Shown: positions 58,041-64,000 of the stretch, piece by piece
Layout: the number at the start of each line of letters is the position of its first letter
How positions within the stretch are numbered: the first letter of the stretch is position 1
Source of the DNA: a virus
Reading direction: 5' to 3' (one strand)
Length of the DNA stretch: 64,000 bases
Virus record (IMG/VR): IMGVR_UViG_3300028883_000033
Span: 64,001-128,000 of that record
Made by a program: the position numbers and the translations under genes
The notes under the pieces: model-generated
Seen by the model: the letters and a program-made list of their open reading frames with translations, nothing else
The model's database searches: none
What the model was told of the DNA's origin: nothing

Positions 58041-58046
58041 TATTTA
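58041..58046 (-). promoter_or_regulatory. Late promoter TAAATA
   Basis: AATAAATA upstream of the peptide-fibre-chaperone unit. Confidence 0.6.
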
Positions 58047-58141
58047 TTGTATGTTAAATTGTGGTCGGTAATATACGTTAAACGCGTGTTAAATCTCGTA
58101 AAATACTGCTGCTACTTGAACTTGTGCGGCACTTAGCACAA

Positions 58142-58807
58142 TTATACCTTTCTGCTGCTGCTTTTTTTCTTAGCAACTCGTTTTTTGCGTGGTGTTTTTG
58201 GTTTGTGATCGACGCCTTCAGCAGCTGCTTTTTCTTCAGCTTCCTGTTCCGCTATCATGATCTCAACCATATTAACAAGCCTTTCGCGGATTTCTGGGGG
58301 ATGCATATAAACATCCGCTCCAGCAATCACCCTATCAACTTCCTCTTCGGAAAGGAATGGGATGTACATTCGATGCATAAAATCACGCGACCATGTTGTT
58401 GCAGATTCAAGTGCAGCGATTTGCTCATGTCCCTTTCCAAACACCCCACCGGAATAGTTGTGGATCATCATTGAACTATTGTCATGGACAATAAATTCAT
58501 CTGCAGCAAGGAAAATAAAAGTTCCCATCGACGACACCTCGCCTTCGATTGAGGCGATGACGTGAGCGTTGGACGACTTCATTGCGTTTATGATTTGAAT
58601 TCCGGCGTCCATATACCCACCAACGGTGTTCAAATGCATAAAAATTACATCATCAGGTCCAGCAGTTTGGATCCTGAAAACCATGTCCGTATACTTCAGA
58701 GCTTCTTCGATTAAACTGCTGACGTAGAAGTGGTGAACGGTTCGAACAATCTGTTGTTGCTTGTATGCGTAAGGTAAGTATTCCAGCTCGTCGTCTTTTT
58801 CTGCCAT
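58142..58807 (-). CDS. clpP: ClpP-like serine protease (S14)
   Basis: LNT.GG...AG..I, catalytic Ser in SSMG, MIH His, D.YM; basic C-terminal tail. Confidence 0.85.
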   Translation of the reverse strand: MAEKDDELEYLPYAYKQQQIVRTVHHFYVSSLIEEALKYTDMVFRIQTAGPDDVIFMHLNTVGGYMDAGIQIINAMKSSNAHVIASIEGEVSSMGTFIFLAADEFIVHDNSSMMIHNYSGGVFGKGHEQIAALESATTWSRDFMHRMYIPFLSEEEVDRVIAGADVYMHPPEIRERLVNMVEIMIAEQEAEEKAAAEGVDHKPKTPRKKRVAKKKSSSRKV

Positions 58808-58811
58808 GTGA

Positions 58812-58952
58812 TTATTCTTCTGTGTTGGTTTTGCCTGTGAAGGCTTTCCACTTATTTACGATCCAATCTTGTACCCATTTTGCATAGAAAGGTTGAGGGA
58901 AATTCCATCCAATAAAGGCGCCAACTGCAATCCAGAATAGTGTGTCTAACAT
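58812..58952 (-). CDS. Small membrane protein (46 aa)
   Basis: MLDTLFWIAVGAFIGWNFPQP; AGGAG SD 7 nt upstream; CATAAATA at 58982-58989. Confidence 0.65.
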   Translation of the reverse strand: MLDTLFWIAVGAFIGWNFPQPFYAKWVQDWIVNKWKAFTGKTNTEE

Positions 58953-58995
58953 TATCATTCTCCTGTGTTGATTGTGTGTATTATTTATGGAAAAC

Positions 58996-59022
58996 AAAAG
59001 AGGCGCCGAAGCGCCTCTTTTT
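58996..59022. terminator. Terminator ending the tmRNA transcript
   Basis: On the - strand AAAAAGAGGCGC-TTCG-GCGCCTCTTTT. Confidence 0.9.
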
Positions 59023-59333
59023 ACGGTTTGTTAACAAGGCCTATTTGCCCCGTACGCGACTGTTTCTTAGGCAGCCATTGCGTAGTCGTAGTAATCGTCG
59101 TTTGCGTTTACTTTAATTTGTGCTGATTACGTCAGTCACCTGTCGATCATCTCGTCTCATCTTCGCCCGCCCCGTCGAAACTGGTTCGGGCCCATCAAAA
59201 GTCCTCTCGGCGGTATAAGGAAATGAAATGCTCACATTTCCCCAGTGTCCGGAGCATCGGAGTAGGACTTTTGGTGGACCCGGCCGGCACTGCCCCGGCG
59301 TCCGCAACGTCTCCAACTTGAGTCATCAACGAT
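59023..59333 (-). ncRNA. ssrA: Circularly permuted (two-piece) tmRNA; tag ANDDYYDYAMAA
   Basis: Acceptor piece ends GGAC-GCCGG-GGCAGTG-CCGGC-CGGGTCC-A-CCA (CCA end 59272). A 78-nt intervening segment follows. The coding piece starts GGGCCCG (59193), pairing 7/7 with G3:U70, followed by ..TTCGAC. Tag reading frame 59105-59067. Outer ends are approximate. Confidence 0.93.
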
Positions 59334-59338
59334 AGTGT

Positions 59339-59369
59339 TATTTATACGCGAACTGCGTTAAAAATTCAA
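59339..59369 (-). promoter_or_regulatory. Composite sigma70/late promoter of the tmRNA
   Basis: TTGAAT-17-TATAAA(TA). Confidence 0.75.
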
Positions 59370-59374
59370 CAGGT

Positions 59375-59731
59375 TCAATATCCGTTGTGGAGGCAAGCTG
59401 CTATTTCCTGTATAGCCTCTTCCTCGGCCGCTTCTAGTGAGATTGGGTCCTCACGGTAAGCATCACGGACGATTCGCTGCATGTCAATATACGTAGCTCG
59501 TTTGATCCCTTTTAGGGAATAAGATTCCTTCCAATCCCGTTCAAGAACTTGTAGAGCCTTTTCTAGTGGAATCTTATCGCGGTATTGTTGTGTGAACAGT
59601 ACAGCATCTCCTTTGGCGAAACATGCAGGAGGGATGATAATGTTTCCGTTTTCATCCGTAGGGTACGCAAATACTGTTGAGGTTATTAGCAGTAAACTAG
59701 CTAGCGTCCAAATCTTCACTGTACTCTCCAA
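59375..59731 (-). CDS. Exported hypothetical protein
   Basis: Signal peptide ending VFA; two Cys. Confidence 0.6.
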   Translation of the reverse strand: MESTVKIWTLASLLLITSTVFAYPTDENGNIIIPPACFAKGDAVLFTQQYRDKIPLEKALQVLERDWKESYSLKGIKRATYIDMQRIVRDAYREDPISLEAAEEEAIQEIAACLHNGY

Positions 59732-60158
59732 TGATCTTAATCTTACTTTTGAACTCAGGCAAAGACTCTAAGTCGATATCTTTTGCGTCGTATGATAATG
59801 TGACGTGGGGCTCATACAAATCAAAGTCATATGTAGCTCCGTGCTGCTGCATCAGTTTGTGGTGGCGTTGATACAATTGCGGACAAGAAAATTTCACAAC
59901 AAGCGCATTCTTTTCGGGGCCAAATAAGTCTAGTCCTATTGGCGTACCTATAAATGGTTTTGTGTATTTTTCGATTGGTTGATAGTTTGGCAGGTGTTTT
60001 CTGCTATAGAGCAGGGTGGCATGCCAGTTATCATAATCACCAGCGACGCCAACCTTTTCGGCAAACTTCTTTAGTGCGTTGATTGTGCGTTTATCGAAAC
60101 GGACCGCTGCGTAGGTCCCCGGTTCGCCCTCTTTCTCTATAACTTCGCTCAGTTTCAT
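59697..60158 (-). CDS. acb1: Anti-CBASS nuclease Acb1 (T4 gp57B-like 2H phosphoesterase)
   Basis: GTYAAV.F, HATLLYSR, GATYDF..Y.PHVTLSY, E..E.LD. Confidence 0.88.
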   Translation of the reverse strand: MKLSEVIEKEGEPGTYAAVRFDKRTINALKKFAEKVGVAGDYDNWHATLLYSRKHLPNYQPIEKYTKPFIGTPIGLDLFGPEKNALVVKFSCPQLYQRHHKLMQQHGATYDFDLYEPHVTLSYDAKDIDLESLPEFKSKIKIIGEYSEDLDAS

Positions 60159-60249
60159 GTTCTATCCATTTTGATGCGGCCTTCCAAGTACCGAATGTTT
60201 GTTCTTTATTATTTACAGTGGCTTTAATTTCGCCGTTTTGTTTTTCCAT
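60091..60249 (-). CDS. Possible small hypothetical protein
   Basis: Fills the folA-acb1 gap but overlaps acb1 by 68 nt. Confidence 0.3.
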   Translation of the reverse strand: MEKQNGEIKATVNNKEQTFGTWKAASKWIEHETERSYRERGRTGDLRSGPFR

Positions 60250-60299
60250 GATAAAGAACAGTGCTCCCTTGCACCATCCAGAACTTGCAGTCAATGTCA

Positions 60300-60827
60300 C
60301 TACCATCTTCTCCTTTTGTATGTTACAAATTTGAGACCATCGCCGAGTTTTCCATCAACGATAGCAAACTTTTCGAGTGTTTTGATGGGAAAGAACCTAT
60401 CACAATCATAATCACCGTCCATGATGGTCATGTGTATAGTTTCAGTCCAGGCCAGGGCCTCTATGAACAGCTTCTCTCCGCCGAGAACAAATACGGGGCG
60501 GTGATCATTTCCGTCAAGAGATTGAACAGCGGCACGCAGCCCATTAACTACGGTTGCGCCAGGTGCTTCAAACTCGTTATTACTTGTAACGACAAATGAT
60601 TGTCGGCCAGGAAGGATCTCTTTAATATTGTCCTTATCTTTTTTCATGGCCAGCATATCCTCGTAGGTCTTACGACCCATAACACAAGGATGTCCTTTGG
60701 TGACCTCTTTAAAGTGTGCAAAATCTTCCTTGCTGTGCCAAGGAATCTTTCCATCTTTACCAAAACCACCGGACTCATCAACAGCAACAATGATTGCCAT
60801 TGGCCTCATATTTTCTCTAAAGCTCAT
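60300..60827 (-). CDS. folA: Dihydrofolate reductase
   Basis: IIVAV...G.G..G.IPW...D..HF, MGRKT, LPGR, GG, D.FFP; start uncertain (60809-60836). Confidence 0.93.
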   Translation of the reverse strand: MSFRENMRPMAIIVAVDESGGFGKDGKIPWHSKEDFAHFKEVTKGHPCVMGRKTYEDMLAMKKDKDNIKEILPGRQSFVVTSNNEFEAPGATVVNGLRAAVQSLDGNDHRPVFVLGGEKLFIEALAWTETIHMTIMDGDYDCDRFFPIKTLEKFAIVDGKLGDGLKFVTYKRRRW

Positions 60828-60832
60828 ATATA

Positions 60833-61303
60833 TCACCCATAGCGGTACTCTTGATTTCTCAGATTAATTTCAAAGAGTTCGCGTTCATAATCCCATTCTG
60901 TGTCTGGCGTAAGGTCAACAAAGATTCGGCTAAACATGTACCCATAGAACCTCCGCTCGAATCCTCTATACGGATGCGCGAATGTGAACGTCATATCAGT
61001 ATTTTCGATATGCAACTGTTGCCTCTGCCGCCTCGGTTTGACGGTGAACCCCTCTTGGGTTAGAACATTGTACATTGGGCGGATAGCATATAACTCGGTT
61101 GCAATATCAGTCTGGCCGATGTATAGATAGTGGTTACCATGATCCCCTTGAAGCACCTCGTGGATCATGCGTATAAACACACCGAACGTATTACCAGCAC
61201 CACGAACCCACTTATACCTGCCCTCTATCACCGCATGGAGGCGATCGATATCCATCTTGCGGTCAAGCCACAGTTCCTCGAAAGAGTGTGTTTGTGGTAG
61301 CAT
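60833..61303 (-). CDS. Hypothetical protein
   Basis: 156 aa, translationally coupled to neighbours. Confidence 0.6.
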   Translation of the reverse strand: MLPQTHSFEELWLDRKMDIDRLHAVIEGRYKWVRGAGNTFGVFIRMIHEVLQGDHGNHYLYIGQTDIATELYAIRPMYNVLTQEGFTVKPRRQRQQLHIENTDMTFTFAHPYRGFERRFYGYMFSRIFVDLTPDTEWDYERELFEINLRNQEYRYG

Positions 61304-61653
61304 TACATTACAAAATCGATGGTTAAATCACCATCATCTTCAATTTCGTAGTGGAGCGTTGTTGTGTTAAGACAGTGGCGCTGTTTATATACAACATCCA
61401 TTACATATTTTCCGTTACTCATATCGGATGCTTTGTTGTTGCGGCCATCGCAGCGAACGTCCCATTGTTCGATTTTACCTTCATCAGCAAGCTCCATCAT
61501 GTAGTCTTCAATAAACTCCACAAACGAATCGCGCTGAACATCGCTACTCCAGTTGACGCCGGTTTCGGTCATTCCCTCGACAACAATTTCGTGGACCTCC
61601 GCTAGCAGTGATTTGCTATTCACTGCTTTGCTCGTGAGCTTCCAGTTTATCAT
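61303..61653 (-). CDS. Stand-alone tail-sheath C-terminal-domain-like protein
   Basis: R.SF...I..YM..L...G.I..W.V.CD..NN...D..NG....DV...Q pattern. Confidence 0.55.
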   Translation of the reverse strand: MINWKLTSKAVNSKSLLAEVHEIVVEGMTETGVNWSSDVQRDSFVEFIEDYMMELADEGKIEQWDVRCDGRNNKASDMSNGKYVMDVVYKQRHCLNTTTLHYEIEDDGDLTIDFVM

Positions 61654-62630
61654 ACAGCAACCTCCATTTTAATTGTTGGGTGGTAGTTATCATAGCCAAC
61701 AATCTCGATGTCTTCAAAGGTGAAATCATCAATCTCTTCGACTTTGGGATTCAGTCTTAGGGTTGGTGATGGATATGGCGTCCGATCGAGTTGTTCATAC
61801 AATTGTTCGCGGTGGTTATTGTAGATATGAACATCGCCACCAGTCCATACAAATTCAGTTGCTACATGATTAGTCACATGAGCAATCATGTGTGTTAGTA
61901 TGCTGTACTGAACTATATTGAAAGGAACTCCCAGACCAACATCGCAGCTTCGTTGGTAGAGATGACATTTTAGGCCACGCGTTGGGATGTTGTAGTTATC
62001 CAACAACTTTTCTACCTTATAGAATCCAGTATGGTCGGGATCAATAGTAGGAAACCGCTCTCTCATTACGGTTTTCCGCTGTTCCAATGTTAATTCAGCG
62101 GACCAGAACTGAAATGCCATATGGCACGGCGGAAGTGCCATTTCATCAAGTTCACCGACGTTCCAGGCGTTGACTATGATACGCCGATCATCAGGATTGT
62201 TTCTTAGTTGATCGATAATCTTTGCAATTTGATCAATCTCATCCCAATGAATTAATGCTCGCGAAGGATCATATGTGTAATCAACGTAAGCGTATTGAGG
62301 GGTTTTCCAACGCCGCCACTGAGCACCATATACTGGCCCCAGTTCACCATCTTCATTAGCCCATTCGTCCCAGATAGTAACGTTATTGTCATTGAGGTAC
62401 TTAATGTTCGTGTCGCCGCGAAGGTACCATAAAATCTCGTAGATGATACTTCGTGTGTGCATCTTTTTGGTGGTGAGGAGGGGAATGCTACCGCCGCCAA
62501 GATCGAACCGCATTTGTTGTGCGAATGTGCTTAGAGTTCCAGTTCCAGTACGGTCTGTCTTTTCAGTACCGAACATCAACACATTATCTACAAGTCTGAG
62601 ATATTCGTTGTCGTGATATTTTTCACTCAT
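61650..62630 (-). CDS. thyA: Thymidylate synthase ThyA
   Basis: DRTGTGT, PLLTTKK, LGPVYG.QWR, MALPPCH, YQRSCD, LGVPFN, H.Y.NH. Confidence 0.97.
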   Translation of the reverse strand: MSEKYHDNEYLRLVDNVLMFGTEKTDRTGTGTLSTFAQQMRFDLGGGSIPLLTTKKMHTRSIIYEILWYLRGDTNIKYLNDNNVTIWDEWANEDGELGPVYGAQWRRWKTPQYAYVDYTYDPSRALIHWDEIDQIAKIIDQLRNNPDDRRIIVNAWNVGELDEMALPPCHMAFQFWSAELTLEQRKTVMRERFPTIDPDHTGFYKVEKLLDNYNIPTRGLKCHLYQRSCDVGLGVPFNIVQYSILTHMIAHVTNHVATEFVWTGGDVHIYNNHREQLYEQLDRTPYPSPTLRLNPKVEEIDDFTFEDIEIVGYDNYHPTIKMEVAV

Positions 62631-62907
62631 TTTTCATCTTCCCCTTCTCTACAGCTTTCTTTATTTCTTCCAACAATCGCTCACTCGTCGGTGGCGCTTG
62701 TGAATGGTGTATTTCATATAATTCGTCCAATCGAACCCATCGTCTCATTGGATCGTTAAGATTAGTTGATCTAACCTCAAAAAGCAAATTTTCTTTGCGG
62801 CGCGAAGTAACTTTACTGGCCGTCCTCCCGGTCAGCATCACTTCCTTCTTCTCCAAGAGAAATATTCTCTTTCGGAGCTGTTCCATCGTTATCTGATTTT
62901 GGCTCAT
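62623..62907 (-). CDS. Hypothetical protein, paralog of 62813-63103
   Basis: EVMLTGRTA ... WVR.DELYEI. Confidence 0.6.
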   Translation of the reverse strand: MSQNQITMEQLRKRIFLLEKKEVMLTGRTASKVTSRRKENLLFEVRSTNLNDPMRRWVRLDELYEIHHSQAPPTSERLLEEIKKAVEKGKMKNE

Positions 62908-63103
62908 CTACTATTTCATAAAGCTCGTCTTTACGAACCCACTTTTTCCATGAACCATCTTCGTTGTTGGTAGGCGTAATCTCATACAAGATATCTATGC
63001 GTCTTACGGTTCGCCCGCTCCTGGTGGCCACAGAATTTCCTTCCTTCCTGGCCGTTCGTCCGGTCATCATGACCTCAGAACCATTCCACACATATGCCGT
63101 CAT
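62813..63103 (-). CDS. Hypothetical protein, paralog of 62623-62907
   Basis: EVMMTGRTA ... WVR.DELYEI. Confidence 0.65.
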   Translation of the reverse strand: MTAYVWNGSEVMMTGRTARKEGNSVATRSGRTVRRIDILYEITPTNNEDGSWKKWVRKDELYEIVDEPKSDNDGTAPKENISLGEEGSDADREDGQ

Positions 63104-63897
63104 AACATCCCCTCAATATATCTACGGTCTTTGGTGAATATTGGGATTTCTTCATCAATCACAATACGGCTTCGTTCGACAGTCTCAACATCTGTTACAA
63201 GCGATTGATCGCCATCAACGTACCTCCAATCAGTCGCAATGAGTTCTGTTTTGCGAACAACACAAGTTCCACGCTTCTTCCAAGTATCCATATCATTCCA
63301 GTTCACGCCCTTTTCCAACATGAGCATGTCTTGAATCTGACTATTGTTTTTCTTGTGAAGTTCCTTGTGTGAGAAATACTCACGACCCAGCATTTGGACG
63401 CTATTGCGGGAGGCGTCTTGTTGGCGCCAGATGAAGTAGTTAACCACCTCCTCTCGAGGAATGTTGAAAACCCGCGCGTCGAAGAATGCTGTTTCGTGAA
63501 GGAAATTTACTTGACTTTCGGCGTGACTGTCGCAGTGCGTATGATACAGCGCGTTGAAATACCCAGTAGCCAAGCTGGCAGATACTGATGCCATTTTCTG
63601 AACCGCACCGCCGAACCATTGATCGGTTTCTAACGTTTTCCAGTCATTCAATAGAATAGAAATTTCGTCAGACTGTGTGTATCCGAGTACGGCGTTCTGT
63701 ACGCTGCTGCAGAGTAGCTCGGTTGTTCCGACCATCAGCTCGTGCATCGTGTCGTTGAACGATCCGTGGAACCGTTTGGTGAACGTGTGGAAAGCCTTCC
63801 CGTCGATCCTAATAATGACAGGAGTTCGACGAAGCAATTTAGTCTTTGAAGTCGCTTCGTATTGTTTCATACGATCGCCAAGAGTTGTCTTATCCAC
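63100..63897 (-). CDS. Thg1-like tRNA(His) guanylyltransferase / 3'-5' polymerase
   Basis: RMK.YE, RIDGKAFH.FT, YTQSDEIS, FDAR, WRQ.D..RN; GTG 63897 with AGGAG SD. Confidence 0.92.
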   Translation of the reverse strand: MDKTTLGDRMKQYEATSKTKLLRRTPVIIRIDGKAFHTFTKRFHGSFNDTMHELMVGTTELLCSSVQNAVLGYTQSDEISILLNDWKTLETDQWFGGAVQKMASVSASLATGYFNALYHTHCDSHAESQVNFLHETAFFDARVFNIPREEVVNYFIWRQQDASRNSVQMLGREYFSHKELHKKNNSQIQDMLMLEKGVNWNDMDTWKKRGTCVVRKTELIATDWRYVDGDQSLVTDVETVERSRIVIDEEIPIFTKDRRYIEGML

Positions 63898-64000
63898 CCA
63901 GGAATCTCCTAAACCATGATTTCTTTGCAATGTCGCTCATGACACCTTCACTGATCTGAATACCTCTCCGTTCCCCCTGAATCGTACTCAGTATAAGTTG
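63890..64000 (-). CDS. 3' end of a hypothetical protein
   Basis: Open frame from the window edge: QLILSTIQGERRGIQ...KKSWFRRFLGG*. Confidence 0.5.
   Translation of the reverse strand, partial: QLILSTIQGERRGIQISEGVMSDIAKKSWFRRFLGG

Noticed and set aside
59272-59305. Possible tRNA gene or attP fragment
   Set aside because: There is no anticodon arm, and the matching 5' acceptor strand and tag frame lie downstream, so it is the tmRNA acceptor piece. No integrase is nearby.
59113-59316. 67-aa ORF
   Set aside because: It overlaps the tmRNA structural elements, has no SD and no protein features.
61650-62630. ThyA as a base-modifying hydroxymethylase
   Set aside because: The dUMP-specific Asn (VPFN) and all canonical motifs are present and DHFR is nearby; the insertions fall in variable loops.
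1-64000. Stop-codon reassignment
   Set aside because: Conserved genes are full length in code 11, and TAA, TGA and TAG all end genes.

Overview
This window is a dense segment of a large, T4-related (jumbo-type) myovirus genome read in standard code 11. Positions 1-17 kb (+) hold a baseplate/tail/fibre structural block. Most of the rest (-) carries a T4-like replisome: RNase H, clamp, family B polymerase, helicase, primase and two-subunit topoisomerase II. It also carries nucleotide metabolism genes (dCMP deaminase, NrdAB, glutaredoxin, ThyA, DHFR), a cluster of probable internal head proteins, and two more fibre genes with their own promoters. Two promoter classes are visible: sigma70-like (TTGAnn-16/18-TAnnAT) and a late TAAATA motif. 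The best-supported unusual element is a circularly permuted (two-piece) tmRNA gene at about 59023-59333 (-). It has a G3:U70 acceptor stem, an alphaproteobacterial-type T-loop and the tag ANDDYYDYAMAA, and lies next to a ClpP-like protease gene, suggesting a phage-encoded tag-and-degrade module. Other leads: a Gly-Ser-Pro motif repeatedly inserted into loops of virion proteins (possible modification sequon), an Acb1 anti-CBASS nuclease with a capsid-targeting-like leader, a PAAR-M15 peptidase fusion, apparently leaderless helicase and primase mRNAs, a stand-alone tail-sheath C-terminal domain, and a 2OG-Fe(II) oxygenase lacking its metal ligands. All family calls come from motif recognition by eye; no database searches were run.
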